Assembly: GCA_001662655.1 (NCBI GenBank)
Contig: KV460232.1
Reading direction: 5' to 3' (one strand)
DNA from: Pseudogymnoascus verrucosus
Lineage: Eukaryota
DNA length: 64,000 nucleotides
Positions 10,952-24,034 of the stretch are shown here, in pieces. The translations under genes were made by a program, and so were the position numbers. Below the pieces are notes generated by a model. It had not been told where the DNA came from. It did no database searches and was given only the letters and a program-made list of their open reading frames with translations. Position 1 is the first letter of the stretch. The number at the start of each line of letters is the position of its first letter.

Positions 10952-12586
10952 ATGGCCTCACCGTACTCCACAATGAGCACTCCGTCATCAACAAGCTCGA
11001 CAGCAAACCTGGCGCCTGCTCCGCCAACTCTTGCTATCAAACCTGTCTCTCTGGCGCCCAATGCAATGGGAAGTCCTATGAACAGCTGTGACAGTCCTGT
11101 GTCGTTGGGACCGAGAAGAGAATGGGTCATCCCCCCACGACCAAAGCCGGGAAGGAAGCCCGCAACAGATACCCCACCAACGAAGCGGAAGGCGCAGAAC
11201 CGAGCTGCGCAGCGAGCTTTTAGAGAGAGGAGGGCGGCAAGAGTTGGTGAACTCGAGGAACAACTGAAGGAGACCGAGGAAGAAAGGCTCAAGCGAGAAG
11301 CACAAACGAAAGCTGAGCTGGACGAGGCCAGAAGTCATGTTTCAAAGCTAGAAGCAGACATGCAAAGGGTGCTCAATGAAGTTATTGAGTGGAAGCAGAA
11401 ATATCACAGAGCAGAAGATCTATTAGAAGCGGAACGAGCAGAGAAGGCAGCTCTTAATACCGAGTTAATTTATTTACGGAAGGGAGCACGAGCAATTGGA
11501 ACAGATGCTGTTGTTCTACCCCCGAGACGAAACAGGTCTCATCTCAAACCAGAGTCAGCTCAACTTCACAACCCAGCTCCAGCAGCGAATTCAGATCCTC
11601 TTGGATGTGGTAACTGCACAGCTACCAGTGGATGTGCCTGTGTTGAGAAGGTCATGGCAATGGCTACGTCAACATGTGGACGATGTTCTATTGATAGTCA
11701 TTGCGAATGTTTGGAGGAAACATTGAAAGGCCCCGATAGTGCCATGGAGGTTGAAGTGAAGCGGTCGCGCGACTCGTCACCTTTCACAAACAGCAAACGG
11801 ACACGAATGTCTATTGAAGATAATACTCCACAAGAGATTGATTTCACCGCCATGTTCTCTAGCAAACCTATCTACACCCCAGAACCACCACCTCGAGACT
11901 ATGGAACAGCCAACACAGCATCCCGCCCACCACCGGGAGAGTCATGTGGCTTCTGTGACGATAGCACGTACTGTGCATGTGCTGAGGCTGCCGAAGTTGC
12001 AGCCCGCGAGCTAGAGCACGAGAACCGCCTTCCACCCCTAATGAGCGAAGTTACTCCACCACCTTCAGACAGCGATGTCAACGCTATGGAGTCTTACAAG
12101 CTACCCTCGCTGTATCCAAACCGCCATATCCAATCTTTGGAACCACCGCCAAAATCTTCAAGCAATCCTTCTAATTCATGTGCCAACGGTCCCGGCACTT
12201 GCCAACAGTGCCAAGATGACCCAAAATCCGGGCTCTTCTGCCGCTCTCTGGCCGCCATCCGTGCCGCCGACCCATCGTTCTCTGGATGCTGTGGCCAAGG
12301 TGGTCCTGGTGGATGTTGTAAAGACACACCATCCCAACCACCACCACGGCCAGAACCTCGCAAGGCTAGACCAGTGCTTCCGGGCCCATCTCTCTCTTGT
12401 GCAGAGACCTATAAGACGCTCGCTAGCCACCGCAACTTTGAGGCGGCAAGCGATGAGATTAGTAAATGGCTGCCAAAATTAGCAACTGCCCCGCCACGGT
12501 ATCCCGGACGCGAGGCGACAGATATTGATGCAGCAAGTGTGATGAGCGTTATCAAGTATTTCGACGTAAGGTTTGGACGAGAATAG
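10952..12586 (+). CDS. hapX: Iron-responsive bZIP transcription factor HapX
   Basis: Hap4-like motif REWVIPPRPKPGRKP directly before the bZIP KRKAQNRAAQRAFRERR. Cys-rich regions include CGFCDDSTYCAC, GPGTCQQCQDDPKSGLFC and GCCG.GGPGGCC. Confidence 0.95.
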   Translation: MASPYSTMSTPSSTSSTANLAPAPPTLAIKPVSLAPNAMGSPMNSCDSPVSLGPRREWVIPPRPKPGRKPATDTPPTKRKAQNRAAQRAFRERRAARVGELEEQLKETEEERLKREAQTKAELDEARSHVSKLEADMQRVLNEVIEWKQKYHRAEDLLEAERAEKAALNTELIYLRKGARAIGTDAVVLPPRRNRSHLKPESAQLHNPAPAANSDPLGCGNCTATSGCACVEKVMAMATSTCGRCSIDSHCECLEETLKGPDSAMEVEVKRSRDSSPFTNSKRTRMSIEDNTPQEIDFTAMFSSKPIYTPEPPPRDYGTANTASRPPPGESCGFCDDSTYCACAEAAEVAARELEHENRLPPLMSEVTPPPSDSDVNAMESYKLPSLYPNRHIQSLEPPPKSSSNPSNSCANGPGTCQQCQDDPKSGLFCRSLAAIRAADPSFSGCCGQGGPGGCCKDTPSQPPPRPEPRKARPVLPGPSLSCAETYKTLASHRNFEAASDEISKWLPKLATAPPRYPGREATDIDAASVMSVIKYFDVRFGRE

Positions 12587-14687
12587 AGAGATGTTACACG
12601 ACTGATGCCGCAAGGCGCATACCCCGGATGTGAGAATTAAGTGATAAGGGTTTCAGGGTCTGGGAAATAGGATTGGTTGGTTCTGTACTATAATTACCCT
12701 AACGGATTTGGAGCCTCATGTTTCAATTGTTTCATTGAATTACTGGTGTCGCCTAAAAAGTCTGAGAAGGGATCATGGATTGGAGCACTGTATATAGCAA
12801 CTTTTGCCAAGTAAATGCGTTAGGAGTCACATATAAATGAACGTAACGATACAAATTATATTACTTTCAATTGTTAGTATTTGTCTTGAGCTATACACAG
12901 TCCCTCTTCAGACTTTTGAGCGGCACAACTACGGATAGCGAAGTGGAGGTTCTCATGTCACATGCTCTAGAATAAATGATGATTTCTTCTCTCTGACTTT
13001 GAGTGTGCACAACTACATTCGTGATACCCAATAAAGTAAACCTGTTGACCAGTCTAGCGGGGGGGTCGGCGTAAGAAAGTGCGAGGAGAGGATGGAAACG
13101 ACGGGTGAGGTGGTGTTGCGTCTGCATTAGTCTCATATGCAGGCGAGTATGCGTTGGCATTTCTCTTCGGCTATTTTATCCGCCTCCCTGACTCTCTGAC
13201 TGTGTGCAACATCCTGCCAGGTCACTCAGTGGCGATGGATGAAAATGAAACGCAAGAAAACGGCATAATGATTAATGTGAGTATTCTCTGGCCAAAATAG
13301 ACGATGGTATGGTCTGTGGAGAGGGATTTGACACTCGGACGTTGAATTGCGCGCATGCTTATGCGGCCATTTTGGCGGCCAGCGCATCTATGACGAGGGC
13401 AGCGAGCGAGTAAGTGCTGGTTCAGGGAGGAAAGGATGAGATGATATTTGTGGCACGTATCTCGTGATGTGGTGGTTACTTCGTGTTTGCCGTCAGAAGT
13501 ACAGAGGGGGCCACTGCGACCGGATTGGTCTCGATGTCGCAGAACGGCTTTGAATCAGCTTCTGGTGCTGTTTGCACAAAGCTGAAGATGCTGCAGGACG
13601 CCTGTAGTAAGATGCTGTATGAACAACAACGGTGCATACTATGGGATGTGACTGGTACTCCTGCTTTTTGCCTCCGTATATCACAGGGCACAGGTAGAGA
13701 GGTAGCGCTTGAATGCCGTCCAGTTGTCCAGTCGCTTCAAAGGCACAGGCTCATAGGAAACGACATATGAGCTGGGTATGAGCTGGCAAAGTGAATATTG
13801 CCACTCCAGTACATGGCCCGTACTGGCATCGTTGTTCCTGTCTGGCTGTTGTTTCCACCATGTTGCCTCGTATCTTATCTAACTCTCACCAACTTTGTCC
13901 CTCCGCATATCTGCATGTTCCATGTTCCAGCAAAGCAATTTGTATTCCATCCCCCCTGATGGTAATGGTAGGCAGGTGGTAGGTAGGTACCCTCGTCAGA
14001 TTTCTCATCTGTGGCAGGCTGAAAAGAGATCCAAAGGCTGGTAAAGGCTGGTAAAAGTCAACTCCGTATTCTCCATATTCAATACTGTATTGGCCGCCGC
14101 TGTCGCCAAAGAAATCCTGGTTATCGTGGCCTGTGCATCACATCGATGTCTGGCCCATGGCGTATGTTGATTGGCCGTTTATATTCCCTGGGGGAGGGAT
14201 GATTTGCTGGCAACGTGGGCCAGCATGAGCCAGCACGCCCAGTTCCTCACCACTGTGGGTGATCTGCAGAGTCCGGCTGGCAGTTGTGCTGGCTCTGCAC
14301 CATCTTAGCTCCGCTGTTGCGTTGCGCTGTCGCCGTATATATTACTATCGCGAACCTTGAGATATCTTTCTTCTTCTCGTATTTTGCTGAGCCTTGTTCG
14401 AAATTGCTGCGCGACCGGACCCTGGGTGTATTAATATAACATGACTTGGGACGGCGACGGGGAGCTCTTATCAATTGGTTTATCGGTGCGGAATTCGCCC
14501 CGCTGTTGACCCCCAACGTGTGCCAGCGACAACAACGAGAAGGCTGAGCAGCCTCACAGTCAACTCGACCACTGGTTGGACTCATTTCACGCTCGAGAAA
14601 TATATTTACCCGCATTTACCTACCATTTCTGGTGTCTCGCAGCTGAGAAAGCTCGAGACTTAGACCAGAAAACACGCAGATGGAGTG

Positions 14688-17600
14688 ATGATCCAAATGC
14701 AGCGGTCCACCTCCCTTCCTGGGCCAGCTCACGCTTCTCCCTGTATGTACTGGAAGACCGGAATGATCAACGAGAGCAGAGCAGCGAGCTAATGAATCTT
14801 TTACTAGCTCTACCGACAAGCGAACCTTTGTTTAATTCTAAGAATGCATTCAATCAAACATCACGGCCCCCATCCTCGAACCCGCGGCACGCGCCCGAAA
14901 GGCAGAGCCCATATGCATCATTTTTAAAGCCTGCCGATCAGGGGATACGTGATACTAATGCACAGGAAGATGCCACCAAGACTCCTAGTGCAGAACCTTC
15001 GAAATCGACATCTCCGACACTCCATAAGCCGTTGCTCGAAGACGTGTCCCAATATACGACTATTGATATGCGCGATGCAGCTATAGAGGCCAACTCTACC
15101 ACACTTGAAGAGCTTGCTCACCTAGTCAGGCTTTCCACATACCAGGAGCGAAAACGCCGACAAACCCGGGTCCGGCTACAACGATCACTGGTGTCCACTG
15201 CCCTCTCCGCCCGTCTGGCACGTTGCGGAGAACTCGCCCACCGGACTCTGGTCGACAGTTTTCGCTCGGATGATAAAAAGACCTTTGCCACACTTAACAA
15301 TGCAATCCATGACGTTAGCAATTCTTGCGATGCCACCAGGAGATTTGCTGCGTTGGAACCGGACCCGGATATTGGACAACCTGGCCATGGTCGTCCAGAC
15401 GAGCCGGGAACCTACTGGACTTTCATGCATGAGATTCCCACTCAGACCCGTGATACGTTACTCAACTTTTTGACTCAAATTCGGACGAATCCTGAATACT
15501 TGGCTACCCGCATATGCGCTCTAACACCGTCTGAGTTGACGGCATTGACTGTATTCCACCAAGGATTGGAGCCCGTCGATTCCGTTCTGCCATTCCATAC
15601 ACGTCCTCGAGGACAGGCTGCAAGCCTGAACCGGCCTTCTGCACATGCCCCTTCTCCAGTTGAGCGTCTACTCTCTTTCCAGCGTCATGACCCCTTGTCT
15701 GCTCTTATTCATACTTGCTTTGCAAATTCAGCGGGCCCTGATTCCTCGGAGCACCTGAGACGAACCGAGATATGGGCCACGGTGTGTGCTAGACTGATTA
15801 GCACTGAAAATAAAATCGCCATCGACCCGTTCATATGCAGCGTGTTAAACATCTGGACTGCCATGAGGGAGTGGTCCGGCCGCAGCAATCTAGAGTGGTA
15901 CCTCATGAAAATCCTAGAAGACGGGGCCTTTATAGTGGAGAAATCCGAGGGACAATCTGGTATCCGGGCCCATGGAGAACCAAGGAATGTCAAGGACTCC
16001 ATTGCTGCCGAGGAATTTTTTGATTCTGCCATCAAGGGACTCTTTGAGATTGTGGATGACCCAGGTGCCGAGGGGATCCCGGAGAGCGTTCTTGAACTAG
16101 GTAACGCAATCCTTCGGAAACTAGATCCGAGGAAACATGGAGCCACCAAGAGGTTTCTCGTGTCCAAATGGTTGTTTCTTGATTTCCTCCTTAACGCTAT
16201 TGTTCACCCCGAGGTATTTTCCATAGAGCCATCTATGGGTATGTTTGAGCTAATGGTTCTGCAGTCACATGGGATGATGACGGAATATCATATTTCGGAA
16301 TATGCAAGACAGCGAATTCTAAAGGAAGTTGCTTTGAGGGCTGGAAGACTAGTTGTTGACCTTACATGGTAAGTAACCTACATTTGTATAAAATGGCGAG
16401 GAAATTAACATCTGCCTAGGAAACAATCGCCAGCCACTCCACCTGACATCAAAGTCCACATCGAAAACATCATGGGCCGTTTCCGAACATCAAAGGTTTA
16501 CAGGTCAAACCCCAAGTTGCTTCCTGCCAGGTCAATCACTTCACTCAGAGAAACTGCCGAGGTTCGCCCTTATCTGGTCGTAAGCCCGTCTGATCTGGTA
16601 ACTATGGTAAATGCCTTATTCCCAGAGCGGCGTCCCACGTCTGGATCCGCGGCTAGCGAGTCTCATTTTGGCGGGTTCCCTTCTTCTGCATCGTCCATCT
16701 CTGGATTCTCCGTGATATCAAGGCCACCTTCCATGGCTCCCACTTCCCGGGGATTTGATACAGCATCCATAGTAAGTGAGAGTGAGTCGTCCATCTTCAG
16801 TGACGTAACGTCTCGAGAACCTCTCCTTGATGACAACTCAGTTGCCACTCACCGATTTTCGTCCACCTCCATCTCATCTATGAGCCAGGGTCCGAAATTC
16901 GACGATGAAGGGTACCGCCTTCGACAGGCAATCAGAGAGATGTCGCATACATTAGGACAGGACGTCATATCCGGATCGTGTCACCCTTGCGCTGAACAAT
17001 GGACCGTTCTATTTATGGAATTAGATGGAACACATTTATCCACCCAGATGCTCCATGACGAAGATGAGATGGAAGATGAAGAAGAGACTTCGAGCAGTGA
17101 TAGCGATGCGGACACCCAACGATCCAGACCGGACCTTGACAAAGACTATCATCAACTGCGTGATTCGATTTTGAAACTCGTCGGCGAATATGAAATACCC
17201 CGATCAATTGACGATACAAACGATTCAAGAACATTCAGTAACAGAGCAAACATCTTAGAAGGCCGGAAAGCGAATCGCCTTTATAGAAAGAAAAATTCCC
17301 GCGGACTGGAGGCACAATCTAGAAATCCGTACAGGGCACATACACTCGCATCACCTACAATCCCAGATGATATCAGGGAAGACCAGCAGGATGACAAGAC
17401 TCGCCATAACGAGGCCAATGACGCAAATTCATCTGTTTTACTAGACATGCTAGAAGCAGCAGAGAAACAATGCCAGGCACAATCTGACTTTGTAAATGCT
17501 CACCTCTACTGGAAGACGTCGCAGCAGCTGCATTCGCTTTCATCCTCTTCTCTAAGACAAAACGGCTTCGTTTCGCTTCTGAACATCTTTTCACGTGGAC

Positions 17601-20011
17601 CGAGGGACTCAATCCGACGTTCTGCAGCTGCCATCGAGGAATACGATGCCTGGCTTGTTTGGCTCAAGCAGTTACAGGAGCGGCACGACACAATGATAGA
17701 GGCGATGATGAGGAGCTACAGAGCGCTACGAGACAAGATGTGGTACGTCACAGATGTAAGAAATTCGGCCGCTTATGATGGTACTCGTAATGTGGCGCTT
17801 GCTCTCAGGGCGATGGCAAGGCCCAAGAATAATAAGCGTCCAATCTCTGCGACCTCGCGCGCGCGTAATATCAACAGGCCATCAACCACAAACAACTTCC
17901 TTGTCAGGACTGAGACTCAAGTCCTCGATATCCTAGCAGCATCCGACGAACATGGTGGCCCCAATAAGCTATCCGACGAACAGTCTGACAAAACATCAAA
18001 GTGGCTATCGCAGTTTGGTATCGAAAACTTTTGCAAGGGGGAAGAACGGATTCATCGATTCTGTCTTGAGATTGATAGCTGCATCAGCAAACTGGTTGGA
18101 GATAGCTTGATGGATGGGCCAGTTCTGTGGTCCAGTGAGCTTTTCTATCGCGATAAGCGGTACCTAGACACTGGCAGGCAAAAGGGGGACTTGGTACTAA
18201 ATGGATTTGGAGGACTCGGCATATCCGGTGATGGCACTGATCCGGACTCTTCCCAGCGAGGTTCTTCAAGGGGCATTGATATCAACGCCACTGCTCGTGC
18301 AAGCCCCCGGGATCTTCGATCGATGTCTATGAGAAACGGTTCTCAACAGAGCTTCGATTCAAGTAAATGGGGTTCATCTAGAATGAGCGTTTCTGGCGAC
18401 ATTATGGATTCTCAGGATTATTTTGGTCATGCGAGCCCAGTTCTTGCTATCGACACGGCCACAACATTTTGGTCACCGTTTAACCAGCAGGTACGATCAC
18501 CGACGCCAAGTGTTAGAAGCTTCCGTCCTGGAACATCATCGACAACAAATGACACAGTGATGGATGCTGGCGCAGAAACTATAAATGCCCCAACGAAGCA
18601 GACTTTCTTGATGGAGTTGAAACAGACTCTTACTGCTTTGCTGATTAGCGATCTCGGAAGCTTGGTCTTCTCCCGTGGAAGCGAAACAGATTCATGGTTC
18701 TCTGGCGACCTTGGACAAGAGTGCATGGACAGGAAAGCACGAAAGGACCGAAAGGCTAAACGGAAGAGCAAGCGTGGCCTTGAGAAGAAGAGGAGCTTCC
18801 GCGATTTAAGAGCGGCTCACAGCAAAGAGACCCAAACAAGTGAATCTTCGGAAGTCCCAGAGAAGATCGCTACTCGCGATTCGTCTCGACTAAGCCATGG
18901 AAGCTCCACGCCTTCTCACCATTCTCGAACGAACAGCTCTGCAACTTTGGATGCATCCACCGGGGTCTCCATGAGGCAACAGACCAGAGAGAATACTCCG
19001 ACGGACTTCCCGTACAAGGCTGCTTTCCGCAAGCTCCTCACTATGTTTTCAGTACACCCCAATCCATATTCGAAGCTAAACGCATTATATGAGTTGGAAC
19101 ATCTAGTTATTGCTTCTTTGACGACAATTCCCCGTCGAAAGGCAATGAAGCATGGTTCATACATGGCTTCACCGAGATCGTCAACCTTTCCAACAGACTA
19201 TAGCCGTGAGCCAAGCTTCGTGACTCCTCGGGCGAGCAATGTCGGCGAGGCGATTGATAATTGCAAAGAACGCCGTTCGCACGCCATTTACGAAGCTGAA
19301 CCAGCTCCGCCAGCACGCAAAGCCGAGTCTCGTTCCATGACTTCACCGGCCCCTGCAACTACAGATATGATTGTTGATGTACTTCAAGATCTTTTCCGCG
19401 AGGCCGGAATGCGTCCCAAGACTTTATTCCGCGACCTTCAGTATATTGCAGCATTCATCCCTGCGTCAGTTCTTGACAAGACCGACCGCGGGAAGGCTTT
19501 CTGGGATGCCGGTCTGGCCGCCCTCGGGTTGAAGCAAGATGTATGCCGCACTATGATCGATATTGCAGACGAGATTGTCCAACACTACACATCCACACGC
19601 CAACCTGTCCCGCCGCCAATGGCCCCGGGTCAATCACAAAATTCTTCGCGTGGATCTGTGGATTCGAACTCAGAACCTGAGATCATGCAATATGGAATGC
19701 AAGATGCAGCTCGCATGTGGACTATAACAGCAAAAGAAGGAGACCCAGCGGCAGAACGCGAACTTGCTATCTTCTATCTCACACACCCAGAACTAGTCGA
19801 GAGAACGACGCTGCCACTGTCAAGACCGAGAGAGACGTTCAAGGCCCAGGTAATGGAAATGCATGCTGGTGGTGGAGAGGGTGATAGAGAGCGAAGTGAT
19901 CCAGCCACCATGTGTGCGGCGTATCACTGGATGGAGTTGAGTTCACAAGGCGGAGATGAGCTGGCCAAGAAGTACCTGAGGCAGAGGGAGGAGCTGAATG
20001 CATTGCCATGA
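14688..20011 (+). CDS. Large conserved fungal protein (~1,720 aa), putative RasGAP-like + VPS9-like + Sel1-like domains; join(14688..14742,14808..16213,16265..16368,16420..20011)
   Basis: Two long ORFs are joined by canonical introns (14743-14807, 16214-16264, 16369-16419) that keep the frame. The domain call is from recalled motif similarity (see findings). Confidence 0.8.
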
Positions 20012-20690
20012 AAACTGGGACTGGCGTTGACAGTGCGGGCTATGTAATTTTTTGTGTCATTTGGGCGATGCTATATCTATACCATTTGCTTTTATGTTTG
20101 CAAGCATTTAGCGCACGTTATTTGGGAGGTTATTTGTCTTTTTGTTTGTTTAGTTCGTTATCGTATATAGAATGTTTCTACCTATGAGAAACAACCTGTG
20201 CAGGTAAAACAGAACTGCTACTGAGGGTTAAAAGGAGATTTGAATTTATTATGCCCATTAAAATACCCAAACTTAATGTAATTCTAAGATTCTGCGCTAT
20301 CTTGATGGTGCATGTTTGGAGACTTACGGCAGCCAAATATAGTTTGAGCAACTCTAGCACAAGCAAATAAAACACAGAATTTATTATAGGAATAAGTCTC
20401 TAATTGCTTCTGTTTGATAAATATTATATTTCGAAAACCGGGGTTTGTTGGTGGCATGGAATCCAGTGAACCCCTGTCTAGTTGTACACGCGAGTTGTTC
20501 CAAGTGTTCAAGTGTCTCTCTCCGAAACTACGGGGAGCGGAAGCAACCAAGATATCAATATTCCAACAACACAGCCATAATTAGTTTGCGATTAAAACAT
20601 CAAAGCAATGCAACTCTACTACACTTGATTCGCAGCCGTTTTCTCTTTTTTGACGTTCAATGAACTAATCACTGTCCCTACAGCCGCCCA

Positions 20691-23599
20691 ATGGATGACC
20701 TGAATGGCCTGGAGTGGTCGGCCAGCTCCAACTCCAGTGGAGGGGCCAGCAAGGTACCCCCAAGAGGGACTGGCAGCTACTTCGGGTCTATCTCAACACA
20801 GCAGCCAACGCCACCTTTGGGAGGCTCTCGCACATCCACGCCCATTTCAGCGCAAAGATCAGGGGCTGCAAATCCAAATCCCACCAGCAAACCCGCAACC
20901 GACAGCTTTGCTAACCTCGTCTCCTTTGGCCCCGCGAAAACGGCGACGTTGACGCTCCAGCAACAACAGGAGAAGCTTCTTGCGGAGAAGGCGAAGAAGG
21001 AAGAAGAGAAGAGGAAGCAATATGATAAGGAGTTTGGAAATACAAGCTTTTGGGATGGCCAGTCTGGAAAGGCTGGGTTTGGGAGGAGTCCAACTGGGTC
21101 GATCGCCCCCTCTACGACATCCCGAAGCCCCGCACCTCCTACACCTTCAGCTCGTGTGAATACGAACCCGTTCTCGGCGGCGAACCGCCAAAATATCGGC
21201 AAGACAAATGGCGAGGAGGAGGAAGATCTGTTTGCGGCTTTCAATGCTGATACAGAAGTTGACAAGTCGAGCTACTATCCGCCACCTTCAGCCTCCCCAG
21301 AGACTAGCGCCCCTACTCAGGACAACCAGCTGGATTTAAGCAACCCAGCAGCTTGGAAGCAATCGGCGGGGACTGATATGCTAGAGGCATTTCAAGATGA
21401 CGACGATCCATTTGGATTAGGCCAGATGCCCCAGCGGGGTAAATCGCCAGCGGTCACCGTGAGCAAGGCCGATGACGACGATGACTTCCTTGGCGACCTC
21501 GGAAAACCTGTTGAAGAAGTCAGACGCCGTGAAAGGGTACCGACTCCTCAGCAGGCCCCACCCTCACCGATTGAGTCTGAGCGGCCGGTATCTGACGACC
21601 CATGGGACAAAGCCGTGAACGAACTTGTTGATATGGGCTTCACCGCCGAGAACTCCAGGCGAGCTCTGACCGAGAGTGGATCTGGACTTAACATCCAAGC
21701 AGCAGTAGGGTGGTTGTTAAATGACGCGCATCGAGTAGCAAAAGAGAAGGCGCAAGGGCGATCAGGTTCTCGTCCAAGCGAGCCAAGTCGGGAGTCTAGC
21801 TCAAATGGAGCCCGAGCTGCTGCAGAGACGTCCGGAAAGGAAGCGATTCCATCTTGGATGCGGCAGGAGAGAGGCCAATCGCAGTCAAGACGTGAGGACA
21901 GCCGATCACCAGCTAGTGATAGCGATGTGGCTGCAAAAGCTGCCGCGGTAGGGAGCAACTTGTTTAAAACTGCCAACTCTCTATGGAAAACGTCTCAGAA
22001 AAGGGTACAAAAAGCCGTTGCTGAATACCAGCAAGATGTAGACCCAAGCCAGCCGAAGTGGATGCGTGATACCGGCGCAGCAGAGGGACAAAGGCCACCA
22101 GAGAAGGCGCCCCTACCAATTGATCCGCGTGAGCGAGGACGGAGAGGGGAGCCGTCGAGTTCGTCCGTGACCGACGAGGCTTTGATGCTTGAGATAGGGT
22201 CTCACCCACCGCCAAAACGCAACGTTCGAGCCGAGCCTAGTGATCGAGCACCATCTTCAGCTTCTTCCTCTCGAGGTCCCTCGCCTGCAGTTTCTAATGC
22301 CACAGGCGGGCGGTCTACACCTCTGCCCAGGCGGCAGCAGGTTGCACCAACTTCTGCCATGGATGCCAAATCTCGACTTACCAAACAGGCATTGGAAGAA
22401 CAGTCAGCGCAAGCATACGTGAGTCCATCACGACGAAAGAAGGCGACACCCAGCCCAAAACCGGCAGAGGAGCCAGATTTGCTTTTTGGAGATTCGAATG
22501 GTAAACAAACGAGCCTTCCTTCTCGACCTGAACCACCAAAGACAAATGTCCCGGCCACCAGAACCCCACAAGCCAGGCAATCTAAACCGTCTGCGCCAAT
22601 CCCCGTACGACCGAAAGCCCCTGAAAGAACAATCCCGCCAGTGTCTCCATCAGCCCTGGCGATGTCTCATCAACATCGTCTGGCTGGTACTGCGCATTTT
22701 AAACGGGGTGACTACGCCGCAGCCAATGATTCATACTCCCAGTCTCTATCACCCTTACCACAAGGTCACCCTATTACCATCATACTACTCTGCAACCGCT
22801 CACTTACCGCCATCAAGACGGGTGATCCCAAAACCGCTGTGTCCGATGCCGACACAGCGCTCTCTCTCATTGGCCCAAGCCGTGGTAGCAATGAGGTGAT
22901 AGACCTGCAGGACCAGTCCACCACAGACAGTAAGAAAAGTATGACAGAATTCTACGGCAAGGCATTGATGCGTAAGGCGGAAGCTCTTGAACACATGGAG
23001 CGCTGGGCCGATGCTGGTGCTGTATGGAGACAAGCTGTGGAGGGTGGCGCTGGCGGTGCGATCGCTATCCAAGGAAGACTACGCTGTGAGAAAGCGTTGG
23101 CACCTAAACCTAAGGCTCCAACGCCGCGTCCCCGAGCGACACCGCCTTCCCGCCCTACCGCCGTTGTTAAAGACTCTGAGGCAGTAACGCGAATGCGCGC
23201 TGCCAATGCTGCTGCGGATAAGGCAGATGACGAAAAGTTCGAGCTGAGTGATAGCGTCGACGCGCGGATAGCAGCTTGGCGAGATGGACGGAGAGATAAC
23301 CTAAGAGCGCTTTTGGGAGGATTGGATAATGTCCTCTGGGAAGGGAGCGGGTGGAAGAAGGTTGGCATGCACGACTTGATTATGAATGGGAAGGTCAAGA
23401 TCAACTATATGAAGGCGATCGCCAAGGTCCACCCCGACAAGGTAAGCTATTCATATCCTGGCTGGCTAATATTTTAAGCTAATACTTTTCTTCGCAGTTA
23501 TCACAGGGCGCAAGTACGGAGGTGAAAATGATTAGCTCTGCTGTGTTTTCGACCCTGAATGAAGCGTGGGATAAATTCAAGGCGGAGAACGGAATGTAA
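20691..23599 (+). CDS. SWA2: Auxilin-like clathrin-uncoating factor (UBA, TPR, J-domain); join(20691..23441,23498..23599)
   Basis: DPF/DLF/DLL motifs, UBA (ELVDMGF), TPR (FKRGDY..A...Y), C-terminal J-like domain NLRALL..L...LW...HPDK|...F.TLNEAW. Confidence 0.9.
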
Positions 23600-24034
23600 T
23601 TACGCTGGGACGACATTTTGTAAATAAACAATTTGACGGAACAGTTTGAATACTATAACGTACAGCAGATAAGATTCAATAGCATTGTTCCCATCTTCAC
23701 ATGTCAAGTTCTTTCTTATACTGTACCTCAAAGTGATTCGGGTGGGGGCCGTAGGGGGGTCCCGCCGGCAAACGGTGCACGGACCCTTAGAGAAGGTGCA
23801 GTCTGTTTAAGGTTTAGTTCACCAACTTGGGAGCTACTCGGCATGACGTATACGACGATTGCCGGTGACGAAGAAATGAGCGAGACAAACATAACAAGGA
23901 GCCGGAGGGATAATTCCTGTTATATTTCATAATTATTTCGATTGCCGGTTCTTATACCTACGCGCATTGCCCATGATAACTTCCACCGCCCTCGTATCTC
24001 TCTCTGTTGTTTCTGGTTTCAGCATTTAATCGCA

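Noticed and set aside
13476..13982. Short ORFs in the hapX downstream gap
   Set aside because: No recognisable domain, no consistent splice model and atypical composition.
23800..23845. tRNA-like 5' half on the minus strand (GCCGAGTAGCTC...GTTGGT)
   Set aside because: No cloverleaf, no T-loop GTTCRA and no acceptor-stem partner.
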